Assembly (NCBI GenBank): GCA_964016885.1
Contig: OZ024743.1
Span: forward strand, 227,912,001 to 227,976,000
DNA length: 64,000 nucleotides
Direction: 5' to 3'
Origin: Eledone cirrhosa
Lineage: Eukaryota
How positions within the stretch are numbered: position 1 is the stretch's first letter; each line of letters opens with the position of its first letter. Both the position numbers and the translations under genes were made by a program. Below are positions 13,587-27,478 of this stretch, piece after piece. The notes below the pieces were generated by a model. The model was not told the DNA's origin. It did not search any database and was given only the letters and a program-made list of their open reading frames with translations.

Positions 13587-13820
13587 AAGATAGATAGATA
13601 GAGAGAGAGAGATAGATAGAAAGATAAACAGGGAGATAGGTATGTATGAAGTTAGGTAGTTCAGAAAGTGGATAGATAAATAGATAAATAGTTAGATAGT
13701 TATTATCTAAGGTAGATAGATTGGAAAAGGAATAGAGAGATAGGTTGGTATGTATGAAGGTAGGAAAATAGATAGATATGCAGGGAGTGAAGGTATGCAG
13801 GTAGGTAGGTAGGTAGGTAA
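13478..13820. repeat. (GATA)n / (GGTA)n tract with duplicated GATAGGTATGTATGAAG...TTCAGAAAGTGGATAG flank
   Basis: Direct reading. Confidence 0.9.
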
Positions 13821-13939
13821 AATGGAAGGGAGGTAATCAAACTATCTTCATGCCAGAATACTTAGAAGTAATGGCAATTCTTCAATAAGACATGGATGGA
13901 GTGTATGAAGGTCCAAGTGCTTCACTGTCACTCTGAGCA

Positions 13940-14480
13940 GCACCACCACCATCAACACCACCACCACTGAAAACTATCCCCACCATCACTACCACTATCA
14001 CCACCACCATTATTACCACTATCACCCCAACCATCACCAACATCTTTGCCACCAACACCATAACCACTGCTTCAATGAACAACTATCTCCCACAACCACC
14101 ACCAGTACCAAAACTACAATCACCACCTGACACCATTACCACCACCACCACCACCACCACCACCACCACCACTGATGTCTTCACTGCAATCACCACCCTA
14201 CCAACACCATCACCCATAACAACACTACAATCATCACCACCACCACCACCACCACTAACACCCATACCAACACTACAATCATCACCAGCACCACCACTAA
14301 CACCCATACCAACACTACAATCACCACCACTATCATCACTGCAATCACCACCATCAACACCTATTCCAACACTATAATCACCACCACCAACACCACCACT
14401 GATGTCATCACAAAAATCACCACCACTACCACAACCACCACTGATACCATCACTGTAATCACCATGACCATTACTACTAG
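13940..14480. repeat. (ACC)-rich low-complexity region with CCAACACTACAATCATCACCA minisatellite units
   Basis: Repeated unit at about 14110, 14220, 14268, 14310 and 14367. Confidence 0.85.
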
Positions 14481-15789
14481 CATCTATGCCATACTTCCAA
14501 CTTCCATCTACAGTTCTGTTCTGTCAGGCTATATTCCTGATGTGGCATCAGGTGGCCAAGTTTAATCACGTCCACACAATCGCTCCATGTACTCAGAAAA
14601 GTACAGATAGAAAAAGAGAAAGTGGAAAGGAAGGAGGAGGTAGGTGAATGAAAGGAAGAAAACTTGGAGGCTTGAATTCTTGAATATCAAAACTAGTCTG
14701 ATTGATATGCACATCAGCTGACCTTTCCAAGTTATATAGCCTGGAAGATTTTAACACTCTTCCCAAATTGAAATAACTTACAGAATGAGATAATTAAAGA
14801 AAACAGCCATTTTTTTTTGTACATTCACTCCCACCTCCATCACCTTTCTTCTTGCATCATTGAAAGTAAGACTGTCGTTCTTGCCTGCCATTTTCTCAGT
14901 AAAGTTTACCTTTCTAAACACGCACATTTACAGACTCACAAAACACACACATTCACAGGGACAGAGACAATTATATGCACACTTACAAACATGTGCATAC
15001 ACGCACATATCAATAGCCTATCACATGACACACATACACACACTAACAAACACAGACAAATACAGATAGACAATTATATGTATGTAAATACACGAACACA
15101 TAAAAATACACATTTGCACAAATACACGCACTTATACAGATACAAACACATACGCAAACAAATGCACTTATACAGACATACATATCGCCAACATACAAAC
15201 TGATACACACAGAGATAAACACACATATGAGGGCATTAATATTCAAACAAAAAACAGTTTTTTTCTCAGCAACTTTTATCTCAACAAACACGCACATATA
15301 CAAATGTCCACTCACACATAGGTTCATACATACAAGTAGATACACACACACACTCATACTTACAAACATACAAACACACACAGCACAGACATACATTCCC
15401 ATGCATAGACATGTATTCACACACACATGTAATCATAGTCACAAATATATATACCAATAGACAGCTATACACACACACATGCACAACACACATATGCACA
15501 ACACCATACTATACTCACACACATGACACCAAACTACTCACACACATATGCGTGCTTGCATCTCATTGCAAAAGAGTGTCGTTACCAGTAACATTTAATT
15601 CCACAGGAACAAATAAACAATACTACTTTCTCTCCATTAGAGAGCAGCACTGTCAAGGAAGACAACTCAACAATGTTAATATATTCAAAATTGGCTCATT
15701 ATTGTAGACAATCTAACTGAAGACACTGGGAAAAGTGTTTGCCTGTCTCACCAAACTCACTCCACTGACTCCGACTTCTTTTATTTCTA

Positions 15790-16010
15790 AGATGGTGAAT
15801 TGGCTGAGTTGTTAGAGCATCAGATTAAATGCCTCTATATTCGGTCCAGTTTTCTATGCCGAGGTCAAATTTGTCTTTCCCCCTTTTGGGGTTAATAAAT
15901 AAACTACCAGTCCAGGGAAGGCAATGAATTAGTAGAATTGTTAAAGTGTTGAATGGGATATACTGTAGTATCTAATCTGTCCCTGTGTATTTTGAGTTCA
16001 AATCCAGCAT
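15790..16010 (+). mobile_element. Old degenerate SINE-B-like relics
   Basis: GGTGAATTGGC head, GAGGTCAAATTTGTCTTTC...GGGGTTAATAAAT, GAGTTCAAATCC. Confidence 0.55.
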
Positions 16011-16754
16011 CCTGTCTTCTTCTGCAGTAGCTGTGGCTGACAGATGGTAACAGCTATGGAAATATCAATAGAAAGATAGTTTCCTTGGTCCAATCTGATG
16101 ATTAGACTCTCTCCTATCTTTTTTTTCTTTCAAAGATTATTAACTATGTGCGTATTATGCTTCAATGAGGGATTTTTAGAACCTCAATTGTTTTAAAAGT
16201 TAGTTTCACAGACAAAAAGCAATGAAATAGAAGTAAAAATTTAAAAAAAGTAAATTAATTAATAGGGTGGGATCTGGTGGGGATTTAAATCTTTCACTCA
16301 GCATTCTCTGAAAATAAAAAGTAAAAACACAAAAAAGAAAAAAGACATCAAACTAGGGGTAATTTTTTGAGATCTCATGTAACTTAATATTATAATTAAA
16401 GGAGATACAATGGAAGGGAAATATACTCTTCTCTAAATTTCACAATAACAAGGCACAAAAGGAAATATGTATAATGTTATCATCAACTGTCATTGTCCAC
16501 GGTCACTACTACTAACTACTACTACTACTAGCACTACTACTATTGTTATTGTTGTCATTATTATTTTGCCTTGCTACAGTGCATTCCAGATTTCAATCCT
16601 GATAACACTAACAAGCCAGAAGTCAGCAAGTACTGTGAGAAGTGATGGTGGTGGTGATAGTTTAGTGGGAATGTGGAAAGACAGCATAGAGAACATATCA
16701 ACTGGTTGGTTATCCAAGCACTTAGTAATGGGGCGGGGAACTGCAAATGTCAAC

Positions 16755-16823
<69 letters not shown>

Positions 16824-16854
16824 CGCGTGTGTGTGTTACATGTGTATATATATG

Positions 16855-16907
<53 letters not shown>

Positions 16908-17070
16908 TATAAATATATATATGTGTGTGTGTGCGTGTGTGTTGCATGTGTATATATATGTAATATATATATATATATATATAAGTTTGTGAAAAGTAAA
17001 TGGAAAAGACACAACAGCAAATGAAATACAATTAAGACATATTAGTTTCAAGCTTAATATAATAGGATAA

Positions 17071-17107
17071 GTCTTAACGTTTCGGATGCTAGTCTTTCAT
17101 CAGAAAA
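17071..17107 (-). ncRNA. Degenerate minimal hammerhead motif (family H5)
   Basis: Minus strand CTGATGA-AAGACTAGCATCC-GAAACGTTAAGA; a more decayed homolog lies near 34312-34385. Confidence 0.4.
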
Positions 17108-17200
17108 TAGAATGAGAAATTAAAGAAGAAATAGTAAAATAGAGGAGAGTGAGCAGAAGGTAAAAAGTTCTTAGAGAAGAGGCAAGCCTCTTGGATGGAT

Positions 17201-17253
<53 letters not shown>

Positions 17254-17257
<4 letters not shown>

Positions 17258-17469
17258 AACCAGTAAGACCCCGACAGCTGATCTCAAGCCATTTCAACGG
17301 CTAATTCTGGACCAGAATTAGCCGCTAATTAGGTCCAGAATTAGCCGTCGAAACGGCTTGAGCTCAGCTGTCGGGGTCTTACTGGTTCCTATTACCCACT
17401 CTACTACCTCAAGTATTGAGTACTTTGGTGCGTTATTGTCCACCTGGTTCCTTACCACATTTCCTTCGT

Positions 17470-17470
<1 letters not shown>
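17254..17470 (+). mobile_element. Hairpin element family H4, copy 1
   Basis: TAGGAACCAGTAAGACCCCGACAGCTGA...TCAGCTGTCGGGGTCTTACTGGTTCCTA palindrome plus ~80-bp tail; (TA)n on both sides. Confidence 0.85.
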
Positions 17471-17501
<31 letters not shown>

Positions 17502-17749
17502 GCTTTCCTTTATTCTATTATTAGTTCCAGTTATTGAAACTAAGGCCATGCTGTGGCACTGCCTTGAAAGGATTTAATCTATCATATTGGCCAGAGTATT
17601 TTTTGTCTATATCTTGTAACTTAGTGGTTTGATGAAATTTGGTTAATAAAATAAGTACCAAACTTGAAAAAAATGTCCTGGTATGTATGTGACATGATTG
17701 ATTTTCAGATGGTGCCCCAGCATGAGCAGATAGTTAAGAATTAAAACCT

Positions 17750-17781
<32 letters not shown>

Positions 17782-17866
17782 CATACATATATATATATAT
17801 TTATATACATACATATATATATACATATATATATATATATTTATATACATACATATATATATGCAT

Positions 17867-17897
<31 letters not shown>

Positions 17898-18667
17898 CAG
17901 AAAAAGAGAGGGAGAGAGAGTGCAGTTAATGGCCCTTACTACTGTGCAAATAAGCTTATCCATACCTGATTGGAAAACTGATAAAGGGGTTAGTAAGTGG
18001 TGGTAACCCCCATTAATTAAAGTGATATGCCATTGATACTAACTTTAACCAACTAAAGAGCAGGATGGGGTGGGGTAGGCTGGAGGGAGAGAGAGAGTAT
18101 GTGGTGGAGTAGTGGAGGAGAGTAGGATAAAGAAAATGTATGTGAGAATGACTGACAAACACACACATACATTACGTGTGTGAGGTTGTGTGTATGCTGA
18201 AAGAATGAATAAAAAAAAAAAGAGAGCTAAAGACTTGACACAAAAGAAGTTATCATCATCACCACCATTGTCACCATAGTCAATATCAGCAACATTTTTA
18301 GTATTGTTGATATTTTATGTGTCAGCTTCTTCATAACATTAGATTAGACAATTCCTTGCACCTCTCTCCCATTTCATTCTCTCTCTCCTCAGATCTCCTT
18401 TGCTATTTCAGGTTATCTTTGAGGTCACCATTACCTCAACATAGCCGTGTTACACCACCACCAATACTACTACAACCACCAGACTGTTTACACAATATAT
18501 ATCCTACAATCACTCTGTCACCATACACCCAATATAATATAAATATTTTGTAAGCAATCCTACCAACTCCTGTACTTTTCTCATCATCATCCTTTTACAT
18601 CCACTTTTCCCTGCTTGTATATGTGTGTGTGTGTGTGTGTGTGTATGTTGTTGATGGCTGAGAGAAA

Positions 18668-18769
18668 AGAGTACTCAATACTGAAGTAGAGTCTTGTTAC
18701 TCTGGAGCTTTGCCTGTCCTTGTCTGATGACCCTGCGATAAACAGGCGAAACTCCAGAGTAAGAAGACT
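18668..18769 (+). ncRNA. Hammerhead motif (family H3) inside a 28-bp inverted repeat
   Basis: CTGATGA-C-CCTG(CGATAAA)CAGG-C-GAA-ACTCCAGAGT-A; arms at 18690-18717 and 18742-18769; stem I degenerate. Confidence 0.55.
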
Positions 18770-18780
18770 AACTATTCAAC

Positions 18781-18955
18781 CTTAATAAGACAAAATGAAC
18801 TGTTAAGGTCTGATTCCTGGGTATGTCACTATTTATAAAACAAATTTTGTATTTTATCTGATGAGAGCATACCAAAGTTTTGGTACCCTTGAAATATATA
18901 TAATAGAATAAATATGGTTTTATAAATATAGTTTTCCATTTATTAATATCATTGA
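18781..18955 (+). mobile_element. Family H1 copy with hammerhead motif (18853-18907)
   Basis: TTTAT-CTGATGA-GAGCATACCAAAGTTTTGGTACCCTT-GAA-ATATATAT-A-ATAGA; tail matches 8080-8124. Confidence 0.7.
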
Positions 18956-19789
18956 TATATATATATATATATATATATATAATCACCATCATGATTGTTG
19001 TTTTAGCGTCTGCTTTCCCAATAACTAGACGAAGATGTTATCAAAACCTGAACCTAAGATTTAGAATTTCTAATTTCACTGAATGGATTCAGTCATTAGA
19101 TTATGGTCATGCTAGAGCACCTCATTAAAGGGATTTAATTAGTCATATCTACTCCAGTACATATCTTTCAAGCCTAGTTCACATTATTTTCGATTCCTAT
19201 CTCTCCCCTATATATGAATACCACCTCTGTTTACTATGATACAAAACTATTTGATTTGAAGTGTTTATATTGATATAAAACCCTTCCATCCTAATTTTTA
19301 TGTAAGAACCTTTGTTAAGTAATGCTTACAACTGCTTAATAATATTGAAAATTAGTTATTTATTTCAATCTTTCCAAATTCTTGGTTATTTTCAAAATTA
19401 TTTGCAAATCCTGAGTAGTGTTATTCGTGAGAAATATGGTAATGAAAAGGCTACATGTACATTTGTCTGGCAGAATGTCTGATTAAACCAAGTGGAAACA
19501 AGAAATTTAGCAGATTGAGTTTAAAAGTTTCTACAGCTGTGAGGGAATTGGAACAGGGGTAAAAAGGAGACTGAAGTAAAAGAAGTGGTAAGGAAAGATA
19601 TTACATCTGTCAGTCAAAGATATGAAATAGAGAGACATAAAACTTCAATGCTGGGAAGAAAAACCCTCAATGTGTATATATGTGAGTGTGTGCATATTGT
19701 TATACTATATAAAGAAAATGGATTTGGGATATATGAAAACAGCCCTTGAAAAAGCTGATGGAAACACTCATTGTTGGAACTGACAATGG

Positions 19790-20005
19790 TCCATTCCATT
19801 CACACACGCGAGCTCATCCATGGTTTGTTGTTCCCACTCATTAACATTGCACATCCATCAAAGCATGCTTGCTTCATTTCTCACCAGGCTTTGCATCTCC
19901 TCTGCATTTACTTCCCATCTCTCACTAATATGCAGCATCACACTTAGTACACAGGCATCATACAGCCAACCTTTTGTTGCCAACAGAGGTAGTAGCTCCC
20001 TAAAT
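19790..20005 (-). mobile_element. Old RTE ORF relic
   Basis: Minus strand resembles the LYDACV...RNEASML.WMCN segment of the RTE ORF. Confidence 0.6.
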
Positions 20006-20044
20006 GTCATATATATATATATATATATATATAAGACATTTAGG

Positions 20045-20333
20045 GAGGCACCTCGCTTAGTGGTTAGAGCATTAGCCTTGCAATCAAAAGGTTGTGAGTT
20101 TAATTCTCAGACTGGGTGATATGTTGTTTCCTTGAGCAAGACACTTTATTTCACATTGCTCCAGTTTACTCAGCTGTAGAAATGAGATGCAACCTCATTT
20201 ACAGCACTCACTGTAAATGAGGTTGGTGTTAGGAAGGGCATCCAGCTGTAGAAATCAAGCCAGAAACAGTTCCCGTCCCACCCTTGCAAGCAGGGAAAAA
20301 GCGGATGTAAAATGAAATGATGAATGATGATGA
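20045..20333 (+). mobile_element. SINE family A variant with internal fold-back
   Basis: A/B-box head, family A body and tail, (GAT)n end; central segment replaced by an inverted duplication. Confidence 0.88.
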
Positions 20334-20341
20334 TATATATA

Positions 20342-20513
20342 TAGGATAGGAGTCAGGACTCTGATGGCTGAGCTCCAGCCATTTTGGATCTAACTGTCAA
20401 ACCAGCCAGAGCTGTCAGGGTCTTGACACTTTTCCTATTACCCAATGAACTACCCTAAGTATCAAGTACTCTGGTGCATTATGGCCCACCTGGTATCTTA
20501 CTACACCTTTGTT
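20342..20513 (+). mobile_element. Hairpin element family H4, diverged copy
   Basis: TAGGA...TTCCTA imperfect hairpin plus tail TTACCC...CTACCCTAAGTATCAAGTACTCTGGTGCATTATGG; TA flanks. Confidence 0.75.
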
Positions 20514-21426
20514 ATATATATATATATTGTTGGCACCTGAATAAAATGCACAAACTGTACACTCTGTACGTTAGTTGGTATAAAGAAGGGCATCCAGCTG
20601 TAAAAACATGGAATATAATGAGCAAGATTGGTCACTCCTACCTGTTTGATCTCAGAATATGACAACCTGTTCAACCCATGCCAGCATGGAAAGGGGATAT
20701 AAAACTATGTTGTTGAGGATACACACATACATACACAGCTACGTATAATTTTTATATATACCTTCCCTACTACTCATTCTTCCTCCGTTTCTATGTTGTA
20801 AAAGCAAGTAAAAGGAGGAATGGTAGTTTGTTCATATATTCATGTAAAATATTTTGTCAAGAGTGAAGTTCTATTTTAATCCTTTCTTAGGAAATTAAAT
20901 GGTTGAAAAGCAAGAATTTATTACTGTTTTATTGCAAAGATATAAGGTCTGATGTTCTTTGGTTGTGTTTATTAAAATGAATTAAATGTGAATTGTTTGT
21001 TTCTTTGTTTGTCTTTGTTTTTCTGTAGTTAGGTATAATGTTAATAGTGTGTTTGTGATGGAGAGAGTAAACCTTTTACTAGACAAATATTGCCAGAAAT
21101 AACGAGCTTTGTTATTACATAAAGGATTACAGTTATATACATATACACTATACAAACACTCAACATGCACATATACATACACACATAAGTATTATGTGTG
21201 TACAAAAAGAGAAAAGTAGATGTGTTTATGTTGTACACATATACATACATACACACACATATATATAGATATAATAAACATTTCTATGTATACTATGTGT
21301 GAGTATGTGTACTTCTATGTATAGAAACATACATAATACACACATACATAATAAATAGATACATACATGCACAGAAGCATATTTGATATTGCTCTGTATT
21401 CTCTTCTATATACAATGTAAACATGT

Positions 21427-21565
21427 AAGAAGAAGAAGAAGAAAAAAAAGAAAAAGAAGAAAAAGAAGAAAAAAGAAGAAGAAAAAGAAGAAGAAGAAGA
21501 AGAAGAAGAAGAAGAAGAAGAAGAAGAAGAAGAAGAAGAAGAAGAAGAAGAAGAAGAAGAAGAAG
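21427..21565. repeat. (AAG)n microsatellite
   Basis: Direct reading. Confidence 0.97.
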
Positions 21566-21736
21566 GGGAATAACCACAACAACTGCAATAAGAGCCATTG
21601 TAATAAACAGCTTCCACCAATGGCTTTATTGTTTTAGATTAAAATGAAAAGACCAAAACCGTACTTCAACAAAAGCCCAATTGTAGTTCGGTTTATTCTA
21701 GTGATAGCAACAGAGAGTGTGGTAGAGAGAGATACA

Positions 21737-21788
<52 letters not shown>

Positions 21789-21906
21789 TGTATCTATATA
21801 TATATGTGTGTGAGTGTGTATATAGGGAGCAAAAGAGACTGATAGTGAGTGAGAGAGATTTTGAATTTTTCTTTATATATATATATAATATATATATATG
21901 TGTGTG

Positions 21907-21942
<36 letters not shown>

Positions 21943-22974
21943 GAGAATAGTAAAGTAGGTGAGAAAGAGAAGAAAGTGAAAGTAGGTCTGATATAGAGAT
22001 ATAAAGAGAATGAGAAAAGTACAGATTTTTATCATGTGTATGTATGTGTGTGTGTGTATGTATGTATGAGGGTGTGAGAGAATGGATATATGGAAAAGAA
22101 AGGTATGTAAAGGAGAGGGAAAGGGACTGGGGATGTATGGGAGAGAAAAAGAGAGACTATTCTCTCTTATATATCATATTCCTTCTTTCTCTCACATACA
22201 AACTCACACACTCCCTCTCTCATCTTATCTCTTTCACCTTATCTCTCTCACTCTCTCACACTCACCATCTTCCTCCCCTTCTCTTTCTCATACACACACT
22301 ACCTTCTTCTCTCTCTCTCACACACACACATTCCCTTCCTCTCTATCTCTCATATGTAACCACTTCCTCCCTCTCTGTCTCTCTTTCCCACACACACCCA
22401 ATTCCTCTTTCTCTCACATACACAGTGCCCCCCCCCTCTCCCTCATGTACACAGTGCCCCTCTCTCTCTCTCTCATATACAGTGCCTCCACCCTCTCTCA
22501 CATACACATTGCCTCCCTCTCACTTTCTCTCTCCTTCTTTCTCTGTAATTGCTAATACTTTCAGAAATTGTTTATTCCTCTGTTGTGTTTATTTGGCTGC
22601 CATGTTGCTTTTTGTTATTTTTTATTTATTTCTTTTTTAATATTGTGTAATAGTGAAAGAATGAGAATAGAAACATGTGGAGATCCCATCTTTGCTAGAA
22701 ACATGGTGGTGGTAGCAGTGGTGGTGGTAGTGTTTAAGGAAGTGGTGGGAAGAGATGGGAAGTCTTTAATTAGTGTTTTCTAGTAATGATACTTGTGGTG
22801 GTGATGATGATGGTATAGAAGAAAGAGACTGATGCAGGTAAGATTAAGTCTATCTGAGCATGTGAATACACATACGTACATATGTATATACATAATACAT
22901 ATCTACATACACATACATGTATATACATACATGTACATACATATACACATGCTCACACTAATATATATATAATC

Positions 22975-23950
22975 GTCATCTTCCTCATTTTAACATCCAC
23001 TTTCCCTGTTAGCAAGGGTTGGATGGGTCTACACAGACCAAGTCAGTACTGAAGCAGGGTTCCAGATCTTTCAGAGAGGCTAGAGATATATGTCTTGCTT
23101 ATGGATGGTCTCGCATTCTACCAAGTGGTTGTCATGTATTTGGCAAACTGAGGGTCCTCCCAACCTTTTCTTTGGCAAGCTTTCTATGACTAGATGCCCT
23201 TCCTATAACCAACCATATTACAATGTGTACTGGGTGAGTTTATTATGTAGATCACCAAACACTAGTGAGGTTGTCATATCCTTGACACTACTGAAGGGTC
23301 CTCCCAAAACCTTTGTTTGGCAAGCCTACCATGGTTGGATACTCTTCCCATCAACAACCACATGGGGGTTTGTGTGCTGTGGGTGGTGATGCTGAGAAAC
23401 ACTGTGAGTGCTAGTTTAGGTCACATTGTTTGTTACAGCTCAAGTCTTTACCAGCACACCATAGCACCAGCCACCATGTAAAAGGTCTTTGGTAATTTCT
23501 GTTGTAGTTTAGTTTCTTAAGGTCAGTCGTCACAACCTTATCCTATCTCTTCCTGGGTCTGCCTCTTACACGGGTCCCAGCCACTGGGGTTTCTCTGCAT
23601 TTATTTATGCGGCTGCTATCGTCCATGTTCATGACATACCCATACAAATGCTATTTTCTCTCTTGCACACTACATCTAATTCCTCTCATGCCAAATTTTC
23701 CTCTCAGTTTGCTTATGCTAAGTCACTCTTGCACACTAACATTACACATCCATCGGAACATACTTGACTCATTTCTTTCTAGCCTCTGCAGGTCTTCTGC
23801 AGTCAAATCCCATGTTTCACTGCCATTTAGGATTGCTGTTCACACACAGGCACCATACAGTCTACACTTCACCCAGAGAAAAAGGCATTTTGTTGTTAGC
23901 AGTGGTAATAGATCTTTAAACATTTTCCAGCCTGTTCTTATTCTAGCTAC
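22975..23950 (-). mobile_element. Old RTE relic (C-terminal ORF plus decayed 3' UTR)
   Basis: 23540-23950 minus strand resembles RTGWK.F..LLPLL, MFRWMCN and KLGMRGIRC; AGATGCCCTTCCTA and tail motifs lie towards 22975. Confidence 0.7.
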
Positions 23951-24258
23951 CAAAAAATTGCTCAACACTAAATTAGACTATATTGTATATTTTATCATCC
24001 TATTGTAATTACTCTCCCTTTTTACTCTAAAGTTCATGGTTATCTTCTAATTACACAACTTAATTTTCAGAATAAATGAGTAACCACAACAATCAGAGTA
24101 ATAACAAAGAGTGATGTGAGCAATGCATGTACCCCCCCCCCCGTATATATATAGAGAGAGAGAAAGAGATAGATAGATATATACACACATGCACGCACAC
24201 GTCATCATCATCATCATTGTTTAACGTCTATCTTCCACGATGATGATGATGATGTGTG

Positions 24259-24299
<41 letters not shown>

Positions 24300-24326
24300 G
24301 TTTGTGTGTGTATGTATATATATATA

Positions 24327-27300
24327 TCATCATCATCATCATCGTTTAACGTCCATGTTCCACGCTTGCATGGGTTTGGACGGGAGTTTTCCCACTTGAG
24401 GCAAGAGTGATTATCTTGCTCGCATAGGACTATCTGGCGGGTTTACTACAGCTGGATGCCCTTCCTAACACCAACCACATTTACAGTGTGGGGCTGGGAG
24501 GTTTTTACCGTGTTGCCTACATGGCCACATTACAGCGTGGACTGTGTGTTTTTTTGTCGTGCCACCTACACGATCTCATTTGTTTCGGCCTGGATGTTGT
24601 GGCACCAATATAACTTTACATTGAAAGGGGCGGTGTGGATGGGGTGGGGTGGGTGGGGCGGGGGTGTATTTTGTTAGAGATGCCTACTGACTGTAGTAGG
24701 TTTTACTTTGTATTTAGGTAAGGCGGGTCTTCTCTATTACTGAGTACCGCCAAAGATCTCGGTCCAGTGACATTGTCTTGGAGAGGTGTAAGTGTGTGAG
24801 GTCGGAATTTATCAGGTCGTCCCAGGTTTTTCTGGGTCTGCCTACTCCGTGGCTACCGTCTATCTTTATTGCCCTGCACTTTTTTATACAGCTGTCGTCT
24901 TTCATGCGCATCACGTGACCATACTAACGTAGCCTTCCCTCGAGTAAACAACATCTGAGCCCTCTTATTTCTAATTTTTCCCTTAGTTCGTTTATGCTTT
25001 GCCGTTCACATATATTACTATTACACATCCAGCGGAGCATGCAAGCTTCGTTCCTCTCTAGTCTGCGTATATCCTCTGCACACAATGCCCAGGTCTCACT
25101 GCCATGCAACATTGGTGTTCATATGCAGGCAGCATACAACTTGCCTTTCATTTTTAGGGAGAACCCTTTAGCAGCTAATAGTGGTATAAGCTCTCTGAAC
25201 TTTTTCCATCCAGTTCTGACTCTAGCTACTGTACTTTAAGAGCACCCTCCCCCACTGCTGATTTTGTCACCCAGGTAACGGAAGCAGTCCACTATTTCTA
25301 TAGAACCCTCTGCGCAATTGAAAGAGCTAGTATTTTGTGGGCACTTGCTGCTACTTATTGCACCAGAACACCGGCCACATGTAAAATCTATGTTCTTAGT
25401 TAGCTTACCTGTGATCCCACTACATCTTTTATGAACCCATACTTTGCATTTGGGACATAAAATGGAGTTTCTACCTACGCCTTTCCTACACACTGAGCAT
25501 GGCCATTTCCCGGAAGGGACCGGCGCCTTATTTTCTTTCCTACAAACTAGAACTTTAGTCTTAGTCAGGTTAATTTTAAGGCCTTTTGATTCTAGGCCGT
25601 GCTTCCATGTTTGGAATTTCTTCTCTAGCTCGGCCATTGATTCAGCTATGAGCGTTAAATCGTCTGCGTATAGGAGTTCCCATGGGCAGCCGGTCTTGAA
25701 CTCCACTGTTATAGCCTGAAGGGCAATAATAAATAGTAGGGGGCTAAGAACAGAGCCCTGATGAACACCAACTTTTACGTTAAACTCTTCACTATATTCG
25801 TTGTTAATTCTGACCTTGCTGACTGTTTCTTTATACATGGCTTGTATAGCTCTTACAAGCCATTCGTCAACACCTAGTTTTCTAAGAGCCCACCAGATAA
25901 TGGAACGGGGGACTCTGTCGAAGGCTTTCTCCAAGTCGACAAAAGCTAAGCATAGGGGTTTACTTTTAGCTAGGTACTTCTCTTGTAGTTGTCGTACAAT
26001 GAAAAGAGCGTCTGTGGTACTTTTGCCTGACACAAACCCGAACTGCATTTCATCTAGATCAATTCTCTCTCTGATTAGTTGCGCTATTACTTTTTCCGTG
26101 ACCTTCATGACCTGGTCGATTAATTTAATGCCTCTATAGTTACTCCTATCTAGGGCATCTCCTTTACCCTTGTAACAGTTAATGATGATGCTGCAACGCC
26201 AGTCCTTCGGAACAACCCCATTCTGTATGACTTGGTTTACTATCCGGGTGACCATGGTGTGTCCCACCGTTCCAGAGGCTTTCAGCATCTCAGCAACTAT
26301 TTCCGAAGGCCCAGCCGCCTTACCCGTTTTCATATCTTTGATTGCCTTACTTATTATACTACCTTCGACTAACACTGCTGGTCCTTCTATTGGGTCGATG
26401 TGGGGGAGACTGTCATTCTCCCATTTATTCTCCTCATTTAGTAGCCTTTCGTAGTGACACGTCCAAGCTACCTTCTTATCAGCGTCAGTGATAGCAAGTA
26501 CGCCATCATCATTAAGTACACACTTCTCCCCGACAATATCACGGTTTTCCTTGACACATTGCCTCGCAATCCTGAACACCTCGCATTTTAGAACATGCTT
26601 GAACTTTCTTTCCTCTGTTTCCCTTCTTGCGAAGTACACTTGTCTCCTAGCTTCCCTCCTGGCCACTTGATAGTCTTCTCTACTTCCCCCATCCCGCCAT
26701 ACTTTCCAAGCCTGTTTTTTGGCCTTAATTGACTCCTCCACCTTACTGTTCCACCACCATGTTACTCTCCTCCTGCCTACAGGCCTGCTCCAGCCACAGA
26801 CTTCGTCTGCCGCCATCAGCAGGTTTGCCTTTCAGGAATTCTCACTGTTCCTCTATATTGTGCGACTCTAATTGCTCTTCCTTACTGTCGAAAAGCATCA
26901 GTAATATGCTTTTTAAATTTATTTCTGGCTGTGGGGTCCCTTTAGCTTCCATATTTTTCTCCTGAGGATAGTCCTATTCTGCTGTCTAGTACGTCTCGTG
27001 CTGACTATTAGGTCGCTAATTATCAGTCTATGTTGGGAGGTGCATTTCTTCGTGGGGGAGGGATTTAGTGTTTACAACAGACACTCTGTCACGTCTTCTG
27101 GTAAGGATATAATCTACCTGGCTTGTGTGTTCACCCGATCAGGTGATTGTCACGTTTTTTTGAAGTTAGTGTTACAGATAGTTAGGTTATTTGCGTCACA
27201 GAATTCCAGGATTCTGGAGCCTTCCTCATTTCTAGTACCAAACCCATAGCCTCCATGGATTCCGTCATAGCCGTCACAATGTTGTCCAATATGACCATTT

Positions 27301-27478
27301 AGGTCGCCTGCGATAATTATATAGTCACAGTCGGTTATTTGGGAGGTAATGAGAATCAGTGCCTCATAGAATCTGTCTTTTATAGTGCCGGGCAGTCCGG
27401 ATTTGGGTGCGTACGCAGATATTACTGTCACCGTAGTTCTATTGAGGACAAGTCTTATTTTAATTATTCTGTCGTTCA
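24327..27478 (-). mobile_element. RTE-B LINE, longest copy (3.15 kb; partial endonuclease, RT, finger, 3' UTR)
   Basis: ORF 27150-27515 (SAYAP, AGDLNGHIG), 526-aa ORF 25236-26816 ([21 protein letters not shown]), ORFs 24924-25112 and 24714-24914; a few stops; (CAT)n on plus strand. Confidence 0.97.

Noticed and set aside
14075-14377. Pro/Thr-rich extensin- or mucin-like ORF
   Set aside because: Explained by the (ACC)-rich minisatellite; no splice or domain evidence. The same applies to 35225-35683.
16580-16645. Possible terminal exon after TTTTGCCTTGCTACAG (CIPDFNPDNTNKPEVSKYCEK*)
   Set aside because: No recognisable homology or partner exons; needs RNA-seq.
16810-16982. Tandem duplication of a GTGTGTT(A/G)CATGTGTATATATATGTAATA block
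   Set aside because: Ordinary slippage within a compound microsatellite.
25236-26816. Intact active RTE or domesticated RT gene
   Set aside because: Flanked by stops and frameshifts, and 5'-truncated within the endonuclease.
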